A DNA stretch of 63,985 nt, filler included, from Octopus bimaculoides (lineage: Eukaryota): assembly GCF_001194135.2 (NCBI RefSeq). It is 5 parts of 5 records of this genome, joined end to end, with 100 filler letters (N's around TTAATTAATTAA, not from the genome) between each part and the next. Parts side by side here need not be neighbours in the genome. Positions count along the whole stretch, not along the records: positions 46,165 to 53,841 come from NC_068983.1; positions 53,942 to 61,297 come from NC_069001.1; positions 61,398 to 63,985 come from NC_068987.1; 2 more parts are not named here. The stretch is one strand, 5' to 3'. The notes under the pieces were generated by a model. It searched no databases. It had not been told where the DNA came from and was given only the letters and a program-made list of their open reading frames with translations. The position numbers and the translations under genes are program-made. The stretch's first letter is position 1. Each line of letters begins with the position of its first letter. Below are positions 53,340 to 63,985 of this stretch, in pieces.

Positions 53340-53600
53340 AAACCTACAAGACTAGGTGAAAGCGCTAATTTAAAAATCATGTGACATGAATAAAAATCTG
53401 TAAAATATACAATCATCCAGACATCTGAGTACCTGATTATTATTTTTTCGAAGATATATATATAGAGGCTCAATCAACAACATAGAAATTAAAATCTTAT
53501 CTACACATAGCAGTGATGCAGCACTTAGACAAATTATTGAAGCTACACACATAATAGAAGAGAAACCTAGCCTGAATAGGAAACTAGAATGGAACACTAA
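53340..53600 (+). mobile_element. Penelope-like element, C-terminus of the GIY-YIG endonuclease region
   Basis: Frame from 53461 reads YRGSINNIEIKILSTHSSDAALRQIIEATHIIEEKPSLNRKLEW, resembling the PLE C-terminal pattern KIL...LRxIxEAxxI...PxLNxKxEW. Confidence 0.55.
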
Positions 53601-53841
53601 CACACACCACTAACAAACCACAAACCACAGCATGTGACAACATGTTACACATAAACCAATAAGAATCTGAACAAAGTATAATACAATACATAGATAAACA
53701 AATGGAATTAAATACTACATACGTTAAAAAAATTTAATTAAACACAAAAAAAACAAAAACACACACACACACACATGAACAAATAAATAAATAAAAACAA
53801 ATACAAACGAACACGTATTAACAGAGTATATAGGTGATACA

Positions 53842-53941
53842 NNNNNNNNNNNNNNNNNNNNNNNNNNNNNNNNNNNNNNNNNNNNTTAATTAATTAANNN
53901 NNNNNNNNNNNNNNNNNNNNNNNNNNNNNNNNNNNNNNNNN
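53842..53941. other. Artificial scaffold spacer (44 N + TTAATTAATTAA + 44 N)
   Basis: Identical to the other three spacers. Confidence 0.95.
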
Positions 53942-53998
<57 letters not shown>

Positions 53999-54714
53999 AT
54001 GTATATGTATATACATATATATATACAATGTTGTAAAACTTGTCCCTTCTCTGTTGTCTTTTCTCTTTTTTGTGTTCACTTGTTTCATATTACAGAGAGA
54101 GAGAGAAAGAGAGAGGGAGAGAGAGAGGAGAGAGGAGAGAGAAATGTATATAGATAAATAGTTCTATCTAGAATTATATTTATTAGTATTATACGGTTTT
54201 TGTTTTACTTCAAACATATCTACTTACACACACACATAAACACACAAACTCTCACACACACCAACACACCCATACACAAACACACTCTCTCATATACACA
54301 CCCATATCTACACACATGAAGAACTATTTTTCCGGTTGCTTATATACATCAAAATATGCACACTCGAACACGTACATTCATTATTATTATTATTATTATT
54401 ATTATTCTGACGTTTTTCAGAAATCTTTCAGCTTTATTTTCGGTCATCAAAAGTTTCACTGTTCATTCTACACCACGTGGGAATTCCATAAGAATCCAAC
54501 TAGCAGAGCTGTCTTGTTGGTAAACATCAACCAAACTTCCAAACGCATAATTTCGTCTCGGTAGAACTTTGCACGTATCGGAATTCCTAGAAGTGACACT
54601 TCGACTTAATCCCCCAAGACCATCTATAATATGATGTCAGCAAAAATACTGAAACAGTTCTTCCCTTGATATTTACCATTTCAGGGCCCGTTACTGGTCT
54701 ACGGCTAAAATTGA

Positions 54715-54790
54715 TGCTACCAAATAGATGATGTCTTTATAATCTTGTCACTTTGACCAACGAGGTAGAGCTTTCTGACAACCGGTAGCA
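54715..54790 (-). mobile_element. Short mariner 3'-region fragment, paralogous to 55549-55620
   Basis: tgctaccaaataga...ttataatc...ccaac..ggtagagctttctga is shared between the two sites. Confidence 0.55.
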
Positions 54791-55210
54791 GTACATCTTA
54801 CCGCCTGTTTATCTATCTGTGTGTCACTGCCTGCTGCCAGTCTGTCTGTCTATCTTCCTATCTGTCTATTTAGCAATAGATAAGTAGAAAGTACACACAG
54901 TTTTTTATGCATAATACGCACACATACACCAGTTCACTTATGCAGAGACAGAAACACAGACAGACACAGGAACGCATTATTATTTCCAAATCTCTCAAAG
55001 AGAGATTTCTGCAGAATAGGGGTAGTTTATCCTGTTCAGGCTATATTATTAGCATTATTCTGCGTTTAAGAATTTAAAATCACTTCTTTAACTTTCTAAG
55101 ACATCTCAACGCTTCTAAAAGCAAACTTCGGTTGTTTGTTTACGTTCATCGTAATTTGAATTTAATATACATATATATTTATTTGTGTGTGTGTGAGTGT
55201 GTATGAGTGT

Positions 55211-55257
<47 letters not shown>

Positions 55258-55539
55258 CACTAGATTCATATTACTAGTAGTTTGTTGTAAAACCAGAGTG
55301 TACATGTTGAATTTAATCCTACCTATAAAGACAAGGGTTCCCTGAAAAATGCGAAAATCTTCGGTAAGTCAGTTATAAAGTAAGAAGGAATTAAAAGTGA
55401 AGACACAACTAGATTACTGATAATGAAAAATTTCCGTTGTAGTGGCGTACCATCGTCCAATATTTAGTTTTTGTAATTAGCTAGGTAGTATGTAGCTTCT
55501 AAAACAGAATATCGAGGTGAATCTAGAAGCTGTGAAACT

Positions 55540-56165
55540 AGCCATAACTGCTACCAAATAGACGGTTTCTTTATAATCAACTTCCTTTCACCAACCGGGT
55601 AGAGCTTTCTGATATCCGTTAGTAGAGCTTTCTGTAGCACCATTCTGATCGCAACGTCGCTCAAAATTTGTTGACAGGCGCTCCAGGATACACCAGCCAT
55701 ATCAACAAGGCCATCAATGGTTCGGTGACATTTCATGAATTTTCAAGATGTTTTTATTCGTTCTGGAGATCGGCGATCGTTCCGAACGAGGTTGGTACTC
55801 TAGCGACAAGTGACCATTCCTAAAGCGTGGAAACCACTCGTAAACTTGTGTTTTGCGTATGGCGGTATCCCTGTAAGCTGTTTGATATATGACAACTGTT
55901 TCGGCCGCCGTTTTCTCCAGCATCAGACAGAATATCAGGGAAGCACACTGTTCCTTCGAGTCAGCCAACACAAAACTAGACGAACAGGGGGAGAAGCACT
56001 GCAAACCAAAAACGCGCCTAGTGGCAGTACAACATCCCTGGACGACGTCCGTCGGCAGACTGATAGCAGAGCGTCGCATCATGTGGTCTCTAGCGGCGGA
56101 AGCCTGAACTACAACGCGCTTGTCCCACAGAGAACTTTTCCGGTTACTTTTCGGTTTCCCTTCGA
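55540..56165 (-). mobile_element. Internally deleted mariner
   Basis: N-terminal HTH region EQCASLIFCLMLEKTAAETV...TQVYEWFPRFRNGHLSLEYQPRSERS and RTIDGLVDMAGVSWSACQQILS joined directly to C-terminal ALLTDIRKL. The catalytic core is missing. Confidence 0.85.
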
Positions 56166-56725
56166 ATACACTCCTACGTTCACAGGCACTTTCAGGTGGC
56201 TTTCAATTAACTTTTTCAATCTGTTTTTCTGCACATGTGTATATATTTCCGCTGTTCATGTAAACAATAATTTATGTACAAGCAACGCGTTCTAGTGTTG
56301 TGTACATTATTCGTTACATAAACTGATATTTCTATTACACAGATCAATTTTCATTTTCGTCTTGAGAATATGGGTGTGTCTGTATGCATGTGCGTATGAA
56401 TGCGTGTGTATTTATATATTTATATTTATAAACTGATACACATACAATTACATACATATAAATATGCACCTTATGTATATATATATATATATATATATGC
56501 ATGTGTGTTTGTATGTGTGTGTTAATTATAGCAGAAGACACAATTTTTATACACAAGTATTCATATTATACACATATTTACATGCATTTATACAAATCTC
56601 TGCACGCACACATCTGCATTTACATAAACACAAACTTCACAACAGTAGATTATCTATCTATCTATCTATTTGTCTGTCTGTCTGCATAGGTGTGTGTGTA
56701 TACATACACACACACACGCGCGCGT

Positions 56726-56766
<41 letters not shown>

Positions 56767-57311
56767 CGTATGTATGTAGGTAGGTAGGCAGGTAGGCAGG
56801 GAAGGAGGGAGGGATTAAGGTAAATCTCTACGTAAGTTATTTAAAATTTTCCTATAATTATCTTATCAAATTATCTTTCATAATTTTCTTGTTTTTCTAT
56901 TGTTGTTTCTGTTGTTTTAATTGCGCTGCATGATATTCCAGTCATTTAGTATGACCTGACACGATTGTTCGTGTTTCAATACAATTTGGAAAAATAATTG
57001 TTAAAATATAATTACTGGTAAATAAACTATAATTAGCAATTAAGTATCCTTGAAATCTCTCATTCTCTTCCTCCTCATTTCTCTCTATCTACCAATCTCT
57101 TAGAGTTAATTTGGTGACATTTTATTGTGTGTATTCTTTGGTATTGTTTAGCTCGAGGCCAATAACTTATGAAGCAGAGTCCTATGTTCGTAATTGTTCC
57201 AACGGATAACATCCTAATTTGTTTTTTCTCCCTACGTTATACATCTTCATTTTCCCTTTTTTTCTTAATTGTGATTTCTGAAAGAATTTAGCTGCTATTT
57301 CTAGAAGTTCA

Positions 57312-57716
57312 GGTGCAAGGCTTTGCTGTGTGGTAAGAAGTTTGCTTCCCAGCTGCATGGTTCTGAGTTCAGTCTCACTGCGTGGCACCTTGGGCAAGTT
57401 TCTTCTACATCAGCCTCGGGCTGACAAAAGCCATGTGGATTTGGGTTGAAGAAAACAGAAAGAAGCCCATCGTGTGTGTGTATATGGTGTTGTTTGCGTG
57501 TCTTTGTGTCTCTGTTTGTCCAAACACGACACCGCTTGACAACCGGTGTCGGTTTGTTTATGTCCCCAAACGTTGCGGTTCGAGAAAAGCCTCCGATAGA
57601 AATAAGCACCAGGCTTTACAAAAAAAAGTGTACTGAGGTAGATGGGTTTGACAAAAGTTCTGTAAGGATGTGCACCAGCATGGCCGTAGTCAAATGATAT
57701 AAGCAAGATAAAAGAT
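57312..57716 (+). mobile_element. Full-length SINE family A
   Basis: Head gctgtgtggtaagaagtttgcttcc...gagttcagtctcactgcgtggcaccttgggcaag, GT-rich middle, tail ccagcatggccgtagtcaaatga...gataaaaga. Confidence 0.9.
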
Positions 57717-57739
57717 GCTACCTGGGGACCTTTTTTGTT

Positions 57740-58205
57740 GTTTCTGTTATAGCAGTCATTTCTTTCTCCATCAATTTAACCCCGAGTACTTATAGCCCGT
57801 CTCTTCTATCTGCTTCATAACCTCCCTCGAAGGTATAGTTAGCCCACCCCTACATTTGATTTTGCTTCTCTTCAAGACTAACACACCACACTTTCTCAGT
57901 TCGAACTCCATCCCGATATCAGCACTGAAAGTATACACCGTATCAACGAGGGAACTGACTTGAGATTCATCTTTACCGTAAAGTTTGAGGTCATCCATGA
58001 GTAACAAATGGTTGACTTTTTGTTGGCAGCTTTTGAATACATACCCAACATTTGCTTTCCTCAGAATCAGTATTAGTGGTATCAAGCACAATACAAAGAT
58101 CAATGGGGACAGGTAGTCCCCTTGGAAGATGCCCCTACTGGTTTCTACTTTCACTAAACTTCTTACGTATGCTGTCAGGTCCGTCCTCCAATTCGCCATA
58201 CTTCC
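57740..58205 (-). mobile_element. R4/Dong-like LINE RT fragment
   Basis: ORF 57771-58199 has RGIFQGDYLSPLIFVLCLIPL...VNHLLLMDDLKLYGK...DIGMEFELRKCGVL...GYKY. Confidence 0.92.
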
Positions 58206-58295
58206 TTTAGTCGTAGGAGCACGAAAAATGCAATAAAATGGTGTAATTATTTGATGCTATTTAAAACAACTTATTCAAATTCAAAATGAAAATCA

Positions 58296-58467
58296 AGCGC
58301 AGGCGTAGCGGTGTGGTAAGTAGCTTGCTTACCAACCACGTGGGAGATTCAACGTGACACAGAGTGTGACAAGACTGGCCCTTTGAAATAAAGGTACACA
58401 GACACAGTAAGAAAGAGTGAGAGAAAGTTGTGGTGAAAGAGTACAGCAGGGTTCGCAACACCCACCC
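58296..58467. mobile_element. Chimeric SINE: family A head (+) fused to family B body (-)
   Basis: gcgcaggcgtagcggtgtggtaagtagcttgcttaccaaccacg is followed immediately by the reverse complement of the family B body (gcgaaccctgctgtactctttcaccacaactttctctcactc...gtcacgttgaatctccc). Confidence 0.75.
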
Positions 58468-58545
58468 NNNNNNNNNNNNNNNNNNNNNNNNNNNNNNNNN
58501 NNNNNNNNNNNNNNNNNCACAGACACACACACACACACACACACA

Positions 58546-58585
<40 letters not shown>

Positions 58586-58662
58586 GTTTACTCAAGCACA
58601 TAATCATCGCACTCACAAATAATAGAAACGTACTTTATTGTACAAAAACGCACACGCACCCC

Positions 58663-58696
<34 letters not shown>

Positions 58697-59100
58697 TGCA
58701 CAGACGCATTAAAATGCAGACATGTGCATATGAAATACACGCCGAGGCAATCACATTCGCAATCTCGCCTCACATATAAAAAGGACACTTCGAATAGCTT
58801 CATTCTTGTTGCTCATACACACACAACGCCACACACATATTCACAAGAGAGAATATTGTTGGAGATGTGCATGCCTGCAACTTGTATGAGCTTATCCTTA
58901 TTCCCTCACACTCTCACTCTTTCAACAAAGACCAAAGCCACACACGCGCGCACGCCAGCGTATGTTGTGCATTTGTATTAGAATACGTGTATGCATATAT
59001 GTATTTATGTCTATGTGCTAACCTGTGTGTATTAATACGTGTGTTTTTCGTCAAGAGAACCACACTGACTGAATAGAATACCCATTAACTTATTCAAACA

Positions 59101-59135
<35 letters not shown>

Positions 59136-60466
59136 NNNNNNNNNNNNNNNNNNNNNNNNNNNNNNNNNNNNNNNNNNNNNNNNNNNNNNNNNNNNNNNNN
59201 NNNNNNNNNNNNNNNNNNNNNNNNNNNNNNNNNNNNNNNNNNNNNNNNNNNNNNNNNNNNNNNNNNNNNNNNNNNNNNNNNNNNNNNNNNNNNNNNNNNN
59301 NNNNNNNNNNNNNNNNNNNNNNNNNNNNNNNNNNNNNNNNNNNNNNNNNNNNNNNNNNNNNNNNNNNNNNNNNNNNNNNNNNNNNNNNNNNNNNNNNNNN
59401 NNNNNNNNNNNNNNNNNNNNNNNNNNNNNNNNNNNNNNNNNNNNNNNNNNNNNNNNNNNNNNNNNNNNNNNNNNNNNNNNNNNNNNNNNNNNNNNNNNNN
59501 NNNNNNNNNNNNNNNNNNNNNNNNNNNNNNNNNNNNNNNNNNNNNNNNNNNNNNNNNNNNNNNNNNNNNNNNNNNNNNNNNNNNNNNNNNNNNNNNNNNN
59601 NNNNNNNNNNNNNNNNNNNNNNNNNNNNNNNNNNNNNNNNNNNNNNNNNNNNNNNNNNNNNNNNNNNNNNNNNNNNNNNNNNNNNNNNNNNNNNNNNNNN
59701 NNNNNNNNNNNNNNNNNNNNNNNNNNNNNNNNNNNNNNNNNNNNNNNNNNNNNNNNNNNNNNNNNNNNNNNNNNNNNNNNNNNNNNNNNNNNNNNNNNNN
59801 NNNNNNNNNNNNNNNNNNNNNNNNNNNNNNNNNNNNNNNNNNNNNNNNNNNNNNNNNNNNNNNNNNNNNNNNNNNNNNNNNNNNNNNNNNNNNNNNNNNN
59901 NNNNNNNNNNNNNNNNNNNNNNNNNNNNNNNNNNNNNNNNNNNNNNNNNNNNNNNNNNNNNNNNNNNNNNNNNNNNNNNNNNNNNNNNNNNNNNNNNNNN
60001 NNNNNNNGAATGATTTGAAGTTTACAATGGATTGTTGTTGTATTTTCATATCTAACTTCATGGACACACACACACACATGCACATACTCATACACACACA
60101 CGCGCACACACACTTGCAAACACTTACACAAACACGCGTGCACACACACATGTAGTATTTACAGTAACAGACAATCATATCTATACACCAATATGTGAAT
60201 ATAAGCACACGCACTGACACACACACACACATACTCATAAACAGAGACATACCACATATATATGTTTATATATCTATACGCGCATGTTTGTGTGTGTGTC
60301 TATATATATATACATATACATATATATGTATATAGACGTGTATATGTATGTATTATGTATGTGTAGAAAGTTATGTCGTAACGTATATCTGTATCTATCT
60401 CTAACTGTCTCACTCTGACTCACTGTTTTTGTATACATACATGCATACATACATACACACACACAA

Positions 60467-60497
<31 letters not shown>

Positions 60498-60614
60498 TAT
60501 ATATATATATATTATACATGTATTATACTTATGTATATATGAGAATGAATGCGTGTTTTATGTATGTATGTATGTATTTATCTGTATAAATATATGCGTG
60601 AGCATGTCTGTGTT

Positions 60615-60687
<73 letters not shown>

Positions 60688-61266
60688 GTGCGTGTGATAG
60701 ACTAGTCTACACGCACCGTCAGACCCACAACACTACACATATGAAAATTACTCCTGCAGCCCGTCTGTAATTATTAATTTAAGATCAATTCAAGATATCT
60801 CGAAGCATTTTCTTGACAATACCGTACTGAACTTTATTATTTCTAGACTAATTTTTTTCTGCTAAAATTAGCTGAAGAAATACTAAAGTATAGCATTATA
60901 GTCTAGAATATATGCCAAATGGTACTAACAAAAGGAGGAAGAAGTAAAAGTGGAGAGGAGGAAAGAAAGGGAGGCAATCGATATTTCAATAAGAACTAAC
61001 ATATATATATGATCTCATTTATTTATGCGTGTAATTAAAACGGTGTATAGAAATAGATCTTCTTTGATTGAAAATACTCCTCCCACACTTAGCACTCCAT
61101 CTGTGTGTGAGTGTGTGCGTGCGTGTGTGTGTGTGTGCGTGTGTGTGTGCATAGAAATACACACACAGACAAATTAAATATGCGTACTAGATATTGATGT
61201 GTGTTAATCTGTGCCTGTGTGTCTGTGTGTCCGTGCGTCATTTCTGTATTTATGTCGACACACGTA

Positions 61267-61297
<31 letters not shown>

Positions 61298-61397
61298 NNN
61301 NNNNNNNNNNNNNNNNNNNNNNNNNNNNNNNNNNNNNNNNNTTAATTAATTAANNNNNNNNNNNNNNNNNNNNNNNNNNNNNNNNNNNNNNNNNNNN
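61298..61397. other. Artificial scaffold spacer (44 N + TTAATTAATTAA + 44 N)
   Basis: Identical to the other three spacers. Confidence 0.95.
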
Positions 61398-61419
61398 ATA
61401 TATATATATATATATAGTA

Positions 61420-62165
61420 GCTGCAGTAGCAGGGTAGGTAGCAGTGAGTTACAGTGGAAGCAATTACTGTGACACGACTGAGTATCACTACTGAAAAATT
61501 TGCAGTGGTAGCCGCAGTTGTTCTCGCTGTTTTAAGAAAAGCGATTGTGACAGTCATTGCAATGACAGCAGTTGCGATTCAGTGGCTGCAGCAGGAGTAG
61601 TATGAATGTCACAGGAGTAACAATGTTAGCAGCAACTGCAGCTGTGACAACAAATGCAAAAATAACAATTGTAACAGCACCAGAGTTCGCAGCAATGTTG
61701 GCAGCAGTTGTAACGATAGCGCTGTGACAAAAGCTGTGACAATAACTGTCAGCATCAGTAAACGTAACACTGTTGGTAGCAATTATAGTGGCAACCATTG
61801 TGACAATTGTAACAAAACAAACTCTGACAGCATCAGTGAACATAGCAGTATTAGCTATAGTTATAGTGACAAATGCTGTGACAACTGCATCAGTAAACGG
61901 AGCAATGCTGGTTGTAGTTACAGCGGCTACTGTTGTGACAGCTTCTGTAACAATATCAGTAGCAGTCACCAAAAAACGAGGTCAGTTCATCTGGTTCGCC
62001 GCCGCACAGTATTTTTTTGTGTATGTACCTGCAATGAGAGTTCATTTTGCCTCTGGTATGACATCAGTGATTGGAACAGCTTCTGTAACAATATCAGTAG
62101 CAGTTACCAAAGAACGTTGGTATTCATTAGAGTAACTAAAGTTGTGACAGCTGTAACATTCTCCG
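61420..62165. repeat. Degenerate triplet-periodic low-complexity repeat (gtgaca/gcag/gtaaca words)
   Basis: Recurring ctgtgaca, gtaaca and cagtagcag words. A 33-bp direct repeat acagcttctgtaacaatatcagtagcagt(c/t)acc occurs at about 61938 and 62077. Confidence 0.7.
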
Positions 62166-62220
62166 CCCACTCCCTCAAACAGTAAGACTGAAAGTGTTTG
62201 AATAATATATTTGTTTCAAT

Positions 62221-62345
62221 AGCAGTGTGGTTTAGAAGTTTGTTTCGTTAATCTGTGATTCTGGGTTCTATTCCACAATGCGGCATTTTGAGCAAGTGTC
62301 CTCTACTACAGCCGTGAAATTTAGCAGACAGAAACTGTGCAGACT
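62221..62345 (+). mobile_element. Degraded SINE family A head
   Basis: gtgtggtttagaagtttg...ctgggttctattccac..tgcggcattttgagcaagtgtc. Confidence 0.5.
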
Positions 62346-62643
62346 CCCCCACCCCCCAAAAAAATTTCAAAACAAAACATTAAATATATTTTTCAAATAC
62401 GAAGCTTTATAGTGTATTGCTACCCGTTATATTTATACAAAGGCGATTAAAATGTCGCACAGAAGTAAATCGTGAAATTATGCAGCCATATTGTACAAAT
62501 GCAATGACCTCAAGTCATTCATAAGTATGTCGATTGTTTCACTTTGTAATTCGGACGAGAGCAATTGTTGTTTTTGTGAGAACCTTGACAAAGCATTGAT
62601 AAGAGGAGGAAATAAAGAAAGCAAGGTCAGACTGATAGCAATA

Positions 62644-63235
62644 CAAGGCGGTGAACTTGCAGAGTAGTTACCGCAGCGGACAAAATGCTTAGCGGTATTT
62701 TTTCTGATTTTACTTTCTGAGTTCAAATCCCACTGGGGTACTTTGCCTTTTATCCCTACAAAATCGATAAAACAAGTACCAGTTGAGCTCTGGGGTCGAT
62801 GTAGTCAACTTACTCTCCACCCTCGAAATCGCTGGCCTTAAGCCGAAATTTGAAATCCATGTAAGGTGGCAAGATGGTAGGGTCGTTAGCACCAGGAGGC
62901 GTTTCTTCTGGCTCTTTACGTTTTGAGTTCAGATTCCATCCGAGTTCGACTTTACCTTTCTTCTCTTTTGGGGTTGATGAAATAAGTAGCAGTCAAGTGT
63001 TGTGGTTGAAGTGATCGACTTGTTCCTCTCCTTCCACTCCCTTCAAAGTTGCTGGCATTGTGGCAAAGTGAGAAAGAATATTACAGTAGATTGGTAGACA
63101 CGTTAGATCGACGGTCAAAATACCTTGTGTTTAGGTGCAAGTTCATTACCTTCTGAAATTAGTACCGGCGATGTTGATTTTGCTTTTCATCCTCCTGAGG
63201 TCGAGAAAATTTAGTAGCAGTCCGAAGTGGAACCT
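62644..63235 (+). mobile_element. Three head-to-tail degraded CORE-like SINEs (family C)
   Basis: Units at about 62644, 62863 and 63083 each carry gttag..., a variant of tgagttcaaat, ttgcctttcatcc-like and ataagtaccagt-like segments. Confidence 0.72.
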
Positions 63236-63383
63236 AGAAGACTCGTTAGAGAGTCGGACAAAATACTCTGAAGTATACAGTAAATGATCTCATTTCAAAT
63301 CAGAACATAAAACCAGAAGAAATGTCGCTCAGCATTTTTTCCGGCTTGCCAACGATTCTGCCAGTTCGCTGCCTTAATAATAA

Positions 63384-63767
63384 GGATTTTTACAGCGCGT
63401 ACCCGACAGAAGCACAGCCAAACTGGACACTGTGATAATAGAAAATGTGTTGCTCGGTACGGTAATTCACACCGACAAATGGGCCAGCTATAGAAATTAA
63501 CAGTAACTTGTCTATATTCACCGAACGGTAAACCATTCACTGAACTTCGTTGACCCTGAAACCGGCGCTTGCACAAACCACATTGAGGCCTATTGGTCCC
63601 GAATCAAAAGACAGTTGAAATATGTCACTGGATCATCAGGCGATATGAAATGGTTACGCGTCGACGAATCTATGTATCGAGAAATGTATTGATTTACGGC
63701 GAAGAAAAATTTCCAGAATTTCTATACATTTCTCTAACACATTGCTGAGGTTTTATATCCCACCTAA
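63384..63767 (+). mobile_element. Merlin (IS1595/ISXO2-like DDE) transposase remnant with in-frame stops
   Basis: Hand translation GFLQRVPDRSTAKLDTVIIENVLLGTVIHTDKWASYRN*Q*LVYIHRTVNHSLNFVDPETGACTNHIEAYWSRIKRQLK matches the Merlin/ISXO2 motifs VPxRxxxTL, GTxIxSDxWxxY, HxTVNHSxxFVxPxTGxHTNxIExxW. Confidence 0.87.
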
Positions 63768-63985
63768 ATTCCACTGGTACACATGGCTGAGGTTTCAGGT
63801 GTACAAGAAAAAAAAAAAAAAACGAACACTTTAATTTCACTTTGTCACAGTATTTCTTTGCTATTTTTACTTTTCTTTTTCAAAAGAGTTTGCTGTTATT
63901 TCTACACTCATATTTTTTATAACTTTCAAAACAAACAAACAAAAAAATTGAAGTTTTGAAGTTGCGATTTTTGCAATTTTTTTTT

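Noticed and set aside
63384-63767. Bacterial IS1595 contamination or recent bacterial transfer
   Set aside because: It is contiguous with host SINEs, contains stops, and eukaryotic Merlin elements explain it.

Overview
AT-rich, microsatellite-dense eukaryotic DNA with many N gaps. The SINE types and (TA)/(CA)/(CAT)/(GATA) density resemble an octopus or other coleoid cephalopod genome; this is inferred from repeat content, not proven. I found no intact or recognisable host protein-coding gene, rRNA, true tRNA or CRISPR array, and most ORF-track entries are microsatellite or N-gap artefacts. The window is a transposon graveyard. It holds remnants of RTE, Hero-like, R4/Dong-like (3 copies), Tx1/L1-like and Penelope-like retroelements, and several tRNA-derived SINE families, three copies of which keep their target-site duplications (TSDs). 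It also holds a solo LTR, a Helitron with its 5' terminus, mariner, Tc1 and maT-type transposases, a long-TIR MITE and a Merlin (IS1595/ISXO2-like) transposase absent from the ORF track. Four identical 100-bp spacers (44 N + TTAATTAATTAA + 44 N) mark artificial joins, so the window is five separately assembled pieces. I found no convincing novel biological system. The best leads are the Merlin relic, the MITE family, SINE structure and chimerism, and a few weak host-exon candidates. Family assignments come from hand translation and motif recall, not database searches, and boundaries of degraded elements are approximate.
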